Assembly: GCF_009914755.1 (NCBI RefSeq)
Contig: NC_060933.1
DNA length: 64,000 bases
Direction: 5' to 3' (one strand)
Source: the human T2T-CHM13v2.0 reference genome, Homo sapiens
How positions within the stretch are numbered: the stretch's first letter is position 1; each line of letters begins with the position of its first letter. This document shows positions 26,252 through 40,777 of this stretch, one piece after another. Below the pieces are notes generated by a model. That model saw only the letters and a program-made list of their open reading frames with translations, was not told where the DNA came from and did not search any database. The position numbers and the translations under genes are program-made.

Positions 26252-27387
26252 CTGTTTAAAAAAAAAGAAGTTTCAGGTGGCAATTACATTTCTCAATTTT
26301 ATGCAATGATCGCTATATTCCTTACCATATAACATATCACAAGTTTCTGGGACACTTAACAAATTTTTATTTTCCTACTTTATAATGATTCAAAAGTTTT
26401 CACTGTGAGACACAAATGGAATATTATTCCCAATCTTTAGCAGTGACAGAATTTGGCTGTAAATTATTACTGTTAATAAATAGCCACCAGCTGGGAAGTG
26501 CTTATTTTTTTAATGGAATTTTTTTTACTTTGAGCTGTTTCAAAATTTTATGTTTTTGTTTTCTTTTGTTTTTTTCCTTAAACTCATGCATAAAAGCAAC
26601 AAATTTCAAAAACTGACAAATGGGGTAGCATGTAACAAGCAGAAATAACAAACTGAGTTCTGGAAGCTTGATTCACTAGGTCCCTGTCTTATACTTCTTG
26701 TATTATTCTATGAAAGAAAAGAATTTGCATTACATGAAAACCCCAGGAGAAAAGATGTCATCTCTGACTGTACTATAGCAATGTTAACCCTTGATGAAGG
26801 AAACATTAGAAAGGACACATTAAGTTCAACATGAAAGCAAACTGTTCTAATGTGAACAATTCATTGAAAAACGTGTACTTTCAAATGTAGTTTTATGTTT
26901 GGATAAATAGCATTAAGACTTAATTTGAGCAAAACCTTCTTGAAACTTAAGGAAAAAAACACCAATTAAGAAAAATACTATATTTTATATATATTACACA
27001 ATTGATTTGGAATCAAACAATATTCTCTACCAATTTTTCCTTATAACAGAAACCCAGGGGAATCTGAGAGCTTTCACAGTATTTTAGGAATGTTTCTGCA
27101 CTCCTTGAAACACTGATACTTCCTAGCATCAAAAAGCTTTCAAGCAGCCCTCAAGAACAATGAACATCACTTCACAAGGTACCCACCAGCACTGTACCAC
27201 AGAAATATCCATGGCCACAATGCAAAAGCTGCATTGCTAATGCAAAAATAAATCTTATAAAAGGAGTTTTAGTTTTACAGTAAGAAAATCACTCAGTCCT
27301 GAAGTGGTACTGTTTAAGTATTAACATATAAATATTTTGTATGTTAACCTTCTTTTGGGAACAAGAGTGTAAGTTAAATAAACTTAC

Positions 27388-27439
27388 CAATAATAATATA
27401 TTTAAAGATGTAAGAGTAGTTGTATGGTGCAGTTGCCAT
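27388..27439 (-). CDS. RAB14: RAB14 exon 2 coding part (MATAPYNYSYIFKYIII); exon starts at 27446
   Basis: ttttag|TGCCACCATGG perfect Kozak; G|gtaagt donor; CDS pieces 52+54+178+67+88+31+178 = 648 nt. Confidence 0.97.
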
Positions 27440-28119
27440 GGTGGCACTAAAAACAAAGAAATCTCTGTTACTTCAGAAGGAAAGCATATACAAGTAATTC
27501 AAACGGATGACTGATATCCTTTAAAGGTAGAAAAGGACACTGAATACAAACAAATGTTGGTTACAGTAAGTCAAAATAAAACTGCATTTCACAAACTGAT
27601 CAAATACACAAATTCTCTTGGATGAATGATGCTTACACATTCTCATGTGCTATCCACAGAAATATAAGAAACCATTTATACCACAACTCCAATATTTCAC
27701 TTAATATCCACTAGAACTTAAAAGTATAATTTAAAAAAAATCCAATAAGTATTAATCTGAAAATTGTCAAACAAAAAAATCTTTATAAATTTAAGTTAAA
27801 CATCACTATAGTCTCTTCTCCCCTTAAAGTCCCCTTCCCTGTTAACTGATCAAGTAAGTTACTAATGATCTACTTGTTCAGAACTCTGATATTAAACAGA
27901 ATGGTATATAAAGGAACCACTTAATTTATAAACACAAAACAACGTTTTTACTCTACTTTAAATCAACAGTTAGCAGCGCAAAGAGCAATCGTATGATTTC
28001 CAAATCAATGTTGGAACTAGACTGAATCACATGAAACTGTTCTTCCTATAGATTTTTCAAGTCAAAGTTTATTGGCATTTTCATATAGCTCAACCTAATA
28101 CAGGACTTGCAGATTATCA

Positions 28120-28121
<2 letters not shown>

Positions 28122-28158
<37 letters not shown>

Positions 28159-28268
28159 TTTTTGAAGACCAGGCTGGTCTTGGGTCTTGAACTCCTGGCC
28201 TTAAGCGTCCCTCCCATCTCAGTCTCCCAAAGTGCTAGGATTACAGGCATGAGCCACTGTGCCCAGCC
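28122..28268 (-). repeat. (CA)18 microsatellite (28122-28157) abutting a FLAM-like Alu monomer
   Basis: direct reading. Confidence 0.85.
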
Positions 28269-31200
28269 AGATTAACAACATAGTAAGTGCTTCCCATACA
28301 CTATTCTAGGGACTGAAAGAAATAATGTCATAAAATTGTACTTATGGTTGCAAAATTTGAAAGCTTGTGTATTAGAAGATATTTCAAAAGATCACAGCCC
28401 ATTTCTTACCCTCAAATAGACTTAACCTAAAGAATTCTAATTTCTCTTCTACTTAAAAAGAAAACAAAAAACTTTCCAATTTATTCAAATGAATTATCTG
28501 AATGTGTAAGACACGTGCTAGGTCCTAGAGAGAAACAAGGGGCTGAACTGTAAAACTGGTAATAACTTTCAATAAAGTTTATTCTCAAACCAGCTTTCAG
28601 CTTAAGACAAAAATTATTTATACATATAAAGATTTCACCCATTTAAAAAAATCTGACTTACAGTATTTTTAAGCCTGGCTTTTAGTGTTTCTGTCAATGT
28701 CACATTACACAAGCCAGACATTTAATATGACTGGAGAAATTTATTTACTGAAATTATCACCTTACTATATACCATATTTCAAGCAAAAGTTCTATATAAC
28801 AACATTGAACCCGTAGAAAGAATATATATTTAAAACAAGTGTATTATTATAAGGGAAGAGGAAGTTGTTAATTACAGTAAAGTATTAATCACTTCCACAC
28901 ACTACAGTCTTCTCACTTAGCTATCTGTATTACATTTAGTGAAAGTAGAAGCCTTGTTACCCATTCCAGTTTGGCATGTTCTAACACATTTATAATCAGT
29001 CTCCTGCATCACAGAAAACTCCCTTAACCAGTTCTTTCAGGAAAGGGAGTTTTTCTAGTTAGATTAACTGATTCTGAACATCACAACAACTTTATTCCCT
29101 TTTCCAGGCACTAGGAACTCAAAACTTTTAAGAATGAACTTGGTCCTGAGACTAAAACTGGTCTGGATTATTTACCTGATCTCTGAACCAGATGCCAAAC
29201 ACAAGGGGGAAAAGTAATCTCTTACATTAAAAATATTTAAAGATTATTAACTTCTTAACTTGAATTCTTCCGACTCTTCTAATCAATTTTTAATTCTTCT
29301 AAATTCTTTCCCCATTCAAACCTGGGTAAAAGTAATCACTTAGTCACCTTCAAATTACTGTCTCTTCTGTGCTCTTCTCCCTTGATTTTCCTAATTTCTT
29401 TCCCTCTTCTAACTAAAGGTTGTAGCTGTACATACTTTGCTCCTTCTATTTTATGTTAAAGCTATGACTTCTAACAATCCCAAATTTCTACTTCAAATGC
29501 TTTAAAGACTATCATAAAATTGTGACCCAATTTTAGTTGTACTAATTTGTGTACCTGCTAATTATCATACATTCATTAAATGTGAGATAACTAATTTTGA
29601 AAATGTATCTTAAAATTACAAACATTCATATAGTAGAAACTATTTCCAAATAAAAGAAATGATCACTATTTCGGATTTAATACCAGGGCTCTGTCTCACC
29701 ACACCACACATTTTTCTTGCTCGTTTCTTTAAAAATTACAAATAAAAACCATAAAAGCAGAATTAAAGGAAAACTACTCAAACTTACTAATTTCAGTAAA
29801 CAAAGGCAGAAAACATTTAACACTGTAGCCACCAACACTCACAACAGGTCTTCCCTTTCTTATTCTAAGAAGATACTGTCTAGATTTAAATATATTCCCA
29901 TAGTTGACTGATATTAATACATTTCAGTCAAAAGTATTTGCAGTAGAATTATATTCAATACTAAATAGGCTTAATGTTGCTTTAACAAAAGATTTCTCAG
30001 TCTCATTTCTTGAACATGAAACATACTATTGTTAAGGTGAGGAATATATTTTTACCTAACTTTGGAAGGGAAAAAATTCTTCCCCTATTATTTAACAGTA
30101 CTTTTGCTTTACTTAGAGAACTCTTGAGTCTAAAAAAAAGGACAGGAAATGCTGGTCTGGTTCAAACTCTGAAAACATGAGCCCACTTAACATTACAATC
30201 CCCATAAATGAAAAAAAAAATCCTGGTAATATTCTATAACTTGTATACAACTACCGGGACAATTAAAATTCACTTTATTCCACATTTTACAGAAAGTATT
30301 CGAATCAAGTTCATATGTAAGTAAAAGATCTTTATTGCCTTTAAAGGAAAAAAAGTACCACATATTTAGACAACAGGCATTTAACACATAATCAACAATT
30401 TGCAAACTAATAAGAAATACAATTGTGAGTTACTATTTATTGGGTACTTGACATATGCCGGGCAATGTGCTAAATATTTTACATACAATTTCATTTAATC
30501 CTTACTACTATCCTATAACATAGTTAATTATTATCCTCATTTTACAGATGAGGACACAGACTCAAGAGGTAACATGCCCAGGTCACACAGCCAAGTCTGT
30601 ACTGAACCTAGGACTGTTTTAACTACAGAGATCCCCTCTTAACCACCACACCATCCTGCCCTCTCCACCGTCGTGCCTCCTCCACATGGTTATCAGCTGT
30701 ACCATGTAGCTCTGCAGTATTCACTCGCTTAATTATAATTTAATATTCTGAATAAGATACATGAATTACATTCAGAGGATGCACTGCAGTCAGAATTTAT
30801 AGATATAAATGACTGGTAATACTAGTAATACTAACTTATAATACTATAATTCATTTACTTAGAAAAAGTTTCTTGAGAACACTTGAGAGTAAACCATGTA
30901 ATGATCTATACTACTTTTTATAATTCTTACTTAATTCTCACAACTCTGCAGAGTCATTATCATTATGTCCATGCAAAAAATTAAAGAAACTGAGGTTTGG
31001 AGAAATTCACTCATTTGGCCAATGTTATAAAGTTTGTAAATGGTAGACCTAGAACTTGAACCCAGGCCTGATTCCAAAGACCATGATTTTCTCTAAGGTA
31101 TTATTAGCTTATTTCAGGTATGTACAGGTAGACTGATAAAATAAAAATCAGAGAAAGAGGAAGGATATTAGTGCATGTAAAATTTAGCTATAAACTACCC

Positions 31201-33759
31201 TTGCTGCCAAGAGAAATATTTACTAAATGCATAGTAAACACTAACAACTGTGCCATGTATTCAACTGACTCCTTAAAAATATTAATATGCTTAATATTGC
31301 TTTAATAAAGGATTTCTCAACCTCATCTCCTGAACATGAAACATACCAGTTTTCACCACTGGGGAAACATACCATTTCACCACTGTGAAAATATACCATT
31401 TTTCACCACCATTTTCACCACTGTTAAGGTGAAAAATGTATTTTAAAATGGGGTACGCCATCTTGTAAAATTCTGCATATTTCTTTTACTCAACAAAATG
31501 ATAGACACATTTTCATGTCAGTACATTTAGATCTAAGTGGTTACTGAACAAATATTAAACACTAATTATTGTTGTGACAAAAATAGAATGCATGGTTTCT
31601 ATTTACTGAATCAGACACCTTTCTAAGATTACACAGACATATAAACGACTAGTTTTGAAACATGTAGGTACAGATGTGAAGGTATACACTTTCATACATA
31701 CTGCTTGTGGAAATGTGCCAACATTTTGGAAAGTAATCAGTATGTTTAAAAATCTTAACAATAATCCAAATCATCCTTTGGCCCAGAAAGTATCCTACAT
31801 ATACAAAAGCTTCAGCCCATAAGGCTACAGGTATTAGTGCATTTAATGCACCATTTTTACAGCAAAAAACTGGAAATAATCAGCAAAGAAATGACTGAAT
31901 AAAGTACATCTATAATACAAAATAATATCCATGTAGTTTAGAAACCATTTTGATTGATATGCATTAACCTGGAAATACATCCATGATTTTGTTAAGTGAA
32001 AAAACACATGTTGCAGAGTTTTATGCAACAGCATACCCCACTTTCAAACACACACACACACACACACACACTCAACCCTATATTCATATAATATGGAATA
32101 CACACCAAATTGTGAAAAATACATGGACAGGAGAAACAGGGAATAGAGAAATTATTAACTTTTCTTTATATATCCCTGCACTGACTTACTATAATGAATT
32201 AAAAATAAAATTTTCTCTACCGATAAATATTTCAAAAGCCCTTTTCTATTTTAATACAGGTTAAAGAATACCCAAACAAAAACAAACAAATCTCCCACTC
32301 ATAATATTCCCAACATTATTTCCGCATTTACTGATAATAAGAGGAATATCTTATGAAGCCAATAATACGATTGGGTTCAAAATAGAAAAACCAACACTCA
32401 ATAGTAGAGGGCATATTTTTGGGAGTTTTTTAATAGCTTAACTACTTACTGTTTGCTCTGATTTTAAAAACTGTTATACAGCTATTCTACTCCTTAGAAC
32501 CTATGATGTTACTGTATAATTTTTACATAGCTGATCCAAGACATAACAAGGGAAAAGCAACCCATTAAATATTCCAGGTAATTTAATTCTTATCCTTGTT
32601 ATTTCCACTGATAAGTTTTTTGTTTGTTTTTTAACATGCACGACGTTTTGTTAAAAATACCAGAGCTGAGATGGACTGCTTCTGTAGTTCCAACATAAAC
32701 ATATCTGTTAAGTATCTACTAAGCACAAAGCATTGTGCCAGGCTTTAGCAAGACAGCAATGATCAAAAAAGACAACACTGTCTCTGCCTTCGTGGAACTC
32801 AACAACAGAAGCATGCTGACTTGCTTTAGAGGCCCACTAAAATGGACCACTACTACCTGATTTGTCAGTCAGGCGGATAAAACTTCTGTAGTTAATCTAA
32901 TAATCTAATCTAATAAAAATGAGTGGTCAATTTCCTCAACAGTAGTACAAGTAGCCCACCCACTTAAAAAAAAAACCTTACTTTTGACAATATACTTAAT
33001 GTCACTTTTATATAAATAATGTGAATCATTTTTAAAAGCTGGATTGCTTAATGTGGCAAAAGTAACTTTGATGGTCTTCTATATACAGGAAATAAAGTAT
33101 TCTAATACTGGACCTCTGTTTACAGAAAGAAAGCACTTAACAACCAAAAAGCCAAAAAAAACCCCTGCACTTACTGCTCAAGTTAAAAGGATTAATAGTG
33201 AAAATTTTACTACCGATATTGTGTCTGAGATTTGCTTCAAAATAATTTGGCAAGGAGGAGGCAAGTGTATATTGATGAAGCAAGACTGATCACTGTTGAC
33301 ACTGGCTGATAGGTATATGAATGCTCAGTATGCTACCTGATTTTGTATATATTTAAAATTGTCTAGAATAAGAAGCTTTTTAAAAGTCAAGTACAGTACC
33401 TCTAATACTTCTATTTGTCAAACTGTTGTCTTTAGCCATGCCTGGCATTTTTTACCACATAAAAATGTTTCAAGCCTCTTTTAAAAAACATGAAACATCT
33501 CTCAATAGCCCAAGTTTTCACATTTTATTTACCTTAATCAAGTTTCCTCCACTAGCACAATATCTTACTGTGACTATGCAAAGATATTTGATATTGATAA
33601 AAATGAACACTCCAAATTCTGTTGCAAAGTTGAAGTATGCAACAATGATAAAGTTTAACTGTAATACAAAAAAAGCAACAACTTTTTAAGATGTAGCTTT
33701 AATTTCAAGGGATTTTTTAATAGCTATTATAATCTAAGGTTTTACGTCTTTACAATAAC

Positions 33760-34210
33760 TGCCATTTATTGAGGGCCTAACACATGCCAGCTACTTTATA
33801 AACAGTCTCTAATCCTAAAAACTCATTTTTCAGATAAGGAAACCGAAGTGATCTACCCGTGGTCATACTACTACTAAATGGAGAGCTAGAATTAAGGCCC
33901 AGGTTTAACTCTACATGTAGCTCTCCAAAGCTATGCTCCTCTCTCATTCATTCAAAAGATATTAAACACCCACTATGTGCCTGGCACTGTTACAGGCACT
34001 GATTTACTATATGCCAAGCAATGTGCTAAGGGCTTTCTTTAAACCCCATTTAATCCTAGCAACAACTCTAAGATGCAGGTCCAATTATCCCCTTTATAGA
34101 TAAGGACACTGAGTCCGAAAGGTTAAGTAACTTGCTTAAGATCACTTAACTAGGAAGTGGCAGTACTGGAGGGAGAACCCTTGACAGTATGACTCCAAAA
34201 CTCTTAACCA
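33760..34210. mobile_element. MIR/L2 cluster (representative; further MIRs near 5.2, 6.9, 10.2, 30.5, 36.4, 37.7, 38.2, 43.6, 46.3 and 48.0 kb)
   Basis: MIR core phrases (cagataaggaaaccgaag; aggttaagtaacttgcttaagatcac). Confidence 0.7.
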
Positions 34211-35039
34211 CGACATACCTCTAGGCATGATCAAATAAAACTGCCTAAACAGAACTTGGAAGAAAAAATTTGGAAAGGCTTGGGGGAATAAAGGGGTAGG
34301 AGCTGGATTACTGCAAGGTCAAGTTTGTCTTCAACAATCAAATCTAAATAAAAGGCAGTTGTTCCTCTACAATATTTACCTTAGAAAAATAAAAGAATTT
34401 TTTAAAGGCAGTTGGGATAGTAACGAAATGAGCAGTAAACTTTGCAAGAGTTCAAATCTGGGCTCTGACACTTGCTGTGGGGTCACCAGGAAGGCACCTG
34501 TCCTCTTGGAACCCGTTTCTTCTTCATATATGAAACTGAAATCCTGGCATCTCTCCTTTGGGGTTTGTAAGCATGAGGATTTGCCAGTGTAGTGGTTGAC
34601 TTTATGGACTTTAGGTCATAAAAGGGTAATCAGCTGTCATCCAATGCGAACACAGTAAAAAAGGAATAAAGTTGTAACTACATTATAAATGGTCATGTCT
34701 GTAACCCTAGCCTAATTTTTGAATGTAGTACAGAAACCACCAGCCACAGTGTGAGCCGAAGCCAGTTTGTAATGTACCATCAACAGCCAGACACACATCA
34801 CAACTTTAGGCCTCAGTTTCCTCACTTATGAAGTGGAGACAACTTATCTCCGAGGGCTACGCGGGGCAAGATAAATAGGTACAAAAATACATAAATATGT
34901 ACCTGGCCCACAGTTAAAACGCTTAAAACACTCCAGCTCTGTCGTCTTCTCTTAGATTCTAGAAATGCCACAACTTTCTCTTATTTCTAGATGCTCTGTA
35001 GGTTCAGGGCCGTAGAGGCTGTCCACGGGCCTCACAGGA

Positions 35040-36200
35040 ACGCACCAAAACCAGGACATCGCAAGCACAGGCGCACAGACCCAGACCCCGGCCCCGGCCC
35101 GGCCCGGCTGCAGGGCCGGGCTCCCCACATCGACAAGGACACCGGAGCTGCCCCGAGACGCCAAGAGGGCTGCGAAGAGCTGCCTTTGTACTCAGAGCCA
35201 GACGCGGCCTACGGGACGGGACCGCCACGTCTGGGGCTTGCGGGCTGCAGGGCGGCGCGGCACGCGTGGGTACACCCTGCGGGGGCGGGCTGCGGCCGCG
35301 GGGAACAGCGGCGAGAGGGGGGCCCGCGGGAGATGCGGTCCTGCCCAGCCGCGCCGAGAAGGCGGGGAAGGCGAGGCCGGAACACACCCTTCCCTGCACG
35401 CCTCGGAGCGCCCCGCCGGTTGGGGAGGGCAGGAGGCTCAGGCCGGAGCCGCGCAGGGGACACCTCCGCCCCCGCCCAGGAGTCCTGTCAGGCCGGCGCC
35501 GCGGCGCTCACCGCCGACCCACGGGCTAGCCACGGCCTGACGGGGCCTGGCCCCGGGGCGCCGCCCGCCTGCGGCCCAGTCTCCACCGTCCCCACACACG
35601 CCCCTCTGAAGAACCCGGCGCGAGGAGGTATCAGCCGGCCGGACACTACGGAAGGCCCGGGTTACCTGGGGGGTTGCTGGTGGCTGGGCAGCTTTCCGGG
35701 CGGGAGGGGGGCGTCAGGACCAGGAACAGGAGTGCGGACGCAGCGGGAGAGGGGGCGGGGGCGGTCGACCGAGGCGCCGGCAGGTACACTGGCAGGCCGA
35801 GAGGTGCAGACGCGCCGGCAGCAGTAGCGGCAGTAGCAGTGGCAGCGGTGACTGCTCCTGTGCTCCCTCAGTATCTTCCTCGGGCTGGTCCAAGATGGCG
35901 GCGCTCCCTGCACAGGGTTTCCTGTCACCCTCGCAATGGGCCGGACCACAAAAGAAGGGGGAGAAGATGCGCGCGCAGCTGGCGGAGCCCGGAAGAGGGT
36001 GGCTGAGGCCAGCCCGCTAGCCACGCCCCTTCCTCAGCCCTCACCTCTGGACTTGTCGCGCCGCCGCTGAGGCCCGCCCCACGGGCGCTCGCGCCCGGAG
36101 GGAAGGTGGAAAGCGCGTATGCGCAAGCGCAGTCGCGTGTCCTCGCCTCTTGGGGGAGCTACTGCGCAGGTCTGCGTGGAACCTGGTGGGGTGCGCCTGC
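35040..36200. promoter_or_regulatory. CpG island housekeeping promoter of RAB14, likely bidirectional
   Basis: very CpG-rich; YY1 CAAGATGGCGGC 35891-35902; NRF1-like TGCGCGCGCA 35968-35977 and TGCGCAAGCGCA 36120-36131; ETS CCGGAAG 35989-35995; GC boxes 35751-35760 and 36071-36080; no TATA box. Confidence 0.9.
35666..35990 (-). other. RAB14: RAB14 non-coding exon 1 (5' end approximate)
   Basis: CAG|gtaacc donor at 35666/35665 inside the CpG island; no ATG in this stretch on -. Confidence 0.8.
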
Positions 36201-36871
36201 GTCTTGGAGAACTAGGGTTGTCGCTCGTGGAGACTTTTGAACAATTTTTAAAGCCAACATTTACCACTTATTGGACGCTTACCGTATACTGGCCACCATG
36301 CTAAGCATGCATTTACTGCATTCATTCAACGTGTATTTATGGGGGCATTTACTGTATATACCGCTGTATGCTTCGTATATACCGGTCCTGTCCAACAAAC
36401 GTCGGAGGCACGCATCCCCATTGTATCCATGGAGAAACTGAGGCTCAGGTTGGTCAACTCTCTTGTCCAAGATCACGCAGCTAGGAAGTGACCCTGCATT
36501 TCATCTCTATTTTGACTTCACTTTGGGGTTGCCTTTGACAGGGTGAGAGAAATGTGATATTTTTCACAATTTGTCTACCACCTGCCATCTTCCAACTTGC
36601 TCTGCCATAATCACTGCCCCAGAAGGTTTCGTGCTTTTCGGGTGCAGGGACACGTTTTGACTTTCTTGGACCCTGAGCACTTTTGCCTTGTGGCTTGTAC
36701 ATTACACACACACATATATTTCACACACATGTAAGTTAAATATATGTATAAATATTTAACATATTTTACAACTGCATTGATATAAACATGACGTATCAAT
36801 ATTATATAACAAAATATTTTCTCTGACCTGAAAGTTCATTTTTTTCTTCTGACTTTAAAAGAATGTAAGCC

Positions 36872-37477
<606 letters not shown>

Positions 37478-40285
37478 TCATTTTTGTTGGCCCCTAAAAG
37501 TATTGGAGGCCCTAAGCCCTGTGCATACTGTACTGTGCCTAATGGATAAGGTGGCCCTGCCTTAGTTCCCCACCCCCAAATTAAATCAATCTTTCTCTTA
37601 GCGTTCAGGACCTTTTATGAACTGGTTCTGCCATGAACAAGTGAGATTTCACTGTAAAAGTGTGTGCCAGTTTGTACATCTCATATTTTCAGAGACCTGG
37701 GTTCGAATTCCTGCTCTATAATCTAATGGTATGCAGTTGTGCATGTCACTTGATTTCTGAGATTGTCAGTCTTTTCTGCAATATGAAAATAGTAATATCT
37801 CTCTCAAATAGGTCTTTGTGAAAATTAAATGGGATAGTATATGCAAAATATCTGGTATATAATAAGAAATGGAAATGATTATTACATGATAATCTAATCT
37901 AAGGTGATATTGAAATCCTTTTGCAACCCTAGAGGTCTAGGCTTCTATTTCCACATTCTTTAATAAGTATAGTTTGTTGTCACACTTTAACATTTTTGAA
38001 ACTAAGAAATTTGCCTGTGCCAAGTAAAGGAGAAAACTGTGAACCAATGATCATTAATTGCCCAGGTATGAACTTAGACCTGGCTAGTAAGTTTCCTTAT
38101 AGCCATTATCACCTGAAGGGAGATCTTTATGTATAGCTGATGTTTATTCAACACTTACTATGTACCAGCAACTGTCCTAAGAATCATGCATATTTTCTCA
38201 TTTAATCCTTACCACATCCGCATGAAGTCAGTACTATATTTACCCCATTTTATGAATGAAAAAACTGAGTGTCATACAGATCTAAAGTCGTTTAGGTGAA
38301 AATTGGGTGGGACTTAAATCTGGCAACATGTGACCTCAGGGCTGTACTAAGCCCTATTCCATTTCCTCCCTTATTTGCTCTTGTTTCACAATAGCCAGCT
38401 TAAATGCAGGTCCCTAACTGCTGCTTTCCTATGTGAAAGACATTACACTTTGATGCAGCTTTGAACAGAAACACTCTTGTGGATGCAGAGTGCCTATCAC
38501 ATGCTAAGGAATGCAATTAAAAAACAGTAGGAATGGTCAATTCTTTTAATAAGTCCCAGAATTTTCAAAGTGAGGAGAGTGTATGTGACCAGTTGCAGCA
38601 TAATTAAGAGGGACTGTCCATTGGGTGCCAAACATCCATTGGGGTTTCTACTTAACTTTTTTAAAAAGTTGTTTCTATAAGAAGAGATGTATACATGGAA
38701 TAGTCACTGCAGCACTGTTTGTAATAACAAAAAACTAGAGACAAACTAAATGTCTATCACTAGAAAGCTGTAATAGTAAATTATAGTACATCTATATTGT
38801 GAAATACTATGCAGCCATCAAAAAGAATGAGGCCCATGTATATGTCCTGATATGGAACAATGTCTAGGAAATACTTGGAGGGAAAAAAGCAAGGTGCAGA
38901 AAACTAAATAGTATGCCAACATTTGTTAAACTATAAGAGGAGGGCAAAGAAGACATGTATGTTTATGTAACTAGACATTGAGAGGGGTTTATTCCATGTA
39001 TACATCTCTTCCTATTGTCCTGGATCTGTTGCTGAAGCCCAAACTTGAAAATAAAAAGCCCACAAGGAGCTCACATTCTACACTGAAAAAACTGCCAGTG
39101 GCTGGGGCCAGCTACCTTCTAGCAGGGAATTTGAAGAGCAGTTGTTGAAGAAGTCAGCTCTTGACCAACTTCTACCTCCACTCCACTACTCCCTCACCTA
39201 TTCCCCATTTCCAACCCCATCCCCACAGACACACCATCACCAGTAATCTGTGGAAAGAAAGATTGGAGACATGGGAGGGAAGTCAGCCTTTAGGGAAATT
39301 GTAATGTCATGGAAAGAGACGCCTTCTTTCTGTCCCCTCATGGAGACTGTGTCCTCATCTAGAACCAAAGGAGAGGGGCTCCAAAAGAATCACCAGTGAG
39401 GATTGGGTGTGCCTGCAGGAAGATGGGACTGACAACTCCCTGGATATCTATCTGTTTGGGCAGCACTGATCTGCTCTGCCCTATTGCTTCCTGCACAAAG
39501 GAGAACACAGATGGAGAGAGACAGCACTGGAGGGGCTTTGGATGGTGTGGGGAGAACCTTAGATGAAGAGGGGCTGAAGTTGCTTCCCCTTATCCCTTCC
39601 TCCCACCTTGACTTTCTAGTCCCAGATTGGAGTACGGCAAAGAAGTGTCCATCAGAGAGGAGTGTGGCATAATGACACAAGCTAACCATCTGCTGGAAGA
39701 TATAGCAAATGTGTGAGGGGTCACCTGTTCCTGGGAAGATGCCTGGAATCCTCCAGGTGTGCAGGTTGTTTGTCACCTGCTCTGGCTTCATTTCTGCTTG
39801 TATTTTTATAAATTGTTTTGTAAAAAGTAGATGTTATTTTATCCTTCATCTCTTCCCAGAGCCTAAACAATTAAAGTCATTTTCAGATCTCTCTGTTGTG
39901 TTTATTTAAACAAAATTAATTCATCTCCTCATTATAGGCTTAATTTTATTTGTTCATTTTCCTCTTATGCTTGTGAATTTTGGTTCATAGGCTTATCTTG
40001 AATTGGAGATTCCCCCCTACCCCTATGCTTGAATCTTTTTTGTTTAGTGGTTTTGGAGTTGCCACCGAGCCACACTCAGACTTTAAAATACTGGTGTCCC
40101 AATTCCTGAAGCAGTATTGAAGATTTAGAAGAACTAATACAATTTGTACTCTAAATTTTATTACCACATGTGTGTTCTACCTAATTTAAAAAACGAATAT
40201 ATTTTAATGTAGTTGATTAACTTCCAGTGATACATAATTTAATTAAAAAGAAATGGTCAAAAAAGCTAGTTTAACCAAAAAAAGT

Positions 40286-40322
40286 TGAGATCAGGTGCGG
40301 TCATGGTGGTATGGCTGTCGAC
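40286..40322 (-). pseudogene. 5S rRNA 5' fragment (nt 1-37), tailless retropseudogene
   Basis: reverse complement GTCGACAGCCATACCACCATGACCGCACCTGATCTCA, 30/37 versus 5S; flanked by TTAACCAAAA direct repeats. Confidence 0.8.
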
Positions 40323-40777
40323 ATTAACCAAAACAGAAACAGCAATTAATATACTTCAAAATTTAGTAGGTTGACAAAGAAATCAAAATCAAGGGCATGA
40401 GACTCATTCGTCTCTGGGTATGAAAAAGGATTAGATTCAACTTATCACACTAAAAAAAGGTGATGCATAAATGTAACAATAAGTACATTCTGTATTCAAT
40501 TGTAAAAGAAATTGTGTGTCCATTGAAATAGTGCCCTTTCATCTCCCCATACACCTTATACCACCCCCTCCCAAAAAATATCCTCTCGTGTCACAGCTTA
40601 TGAGGGCATGACATTAATGAGGTAAAAAGCAAGCTTGAAATTTTCCCAGGAAAGCACCCTACCGGAGACTCATTTATTGTCATTGAAGCATTCCTTTGGC
40701 TGACGACCAGAAGTTGGTGGTTTCGACTTAAGAGGCCATGTTACATGAAAAAAAAAAAAGAATGCATCTTTGAACTT

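Noticed and set aside
31338-31423. Short repeated units resembling a CRISPR-like array
   Set aside because: No unique spacers, degenerate units, eukaryotic intron; better explained as templated insertion
34991-35827. 278-aa + strand ORF and other overlapping ORFs in the CpG island
   Set aside because: Low-complexity G/P/R/A product expected from stop-poor GC-rich DNA; no recognisable domain; antisense to RAB14 exon 1/intron 1
37690-37715. GGGTTCGAATTCC tRNA-like B box
   Set aside because: Part of a tRNA-derived MIR head; no cloverleaf
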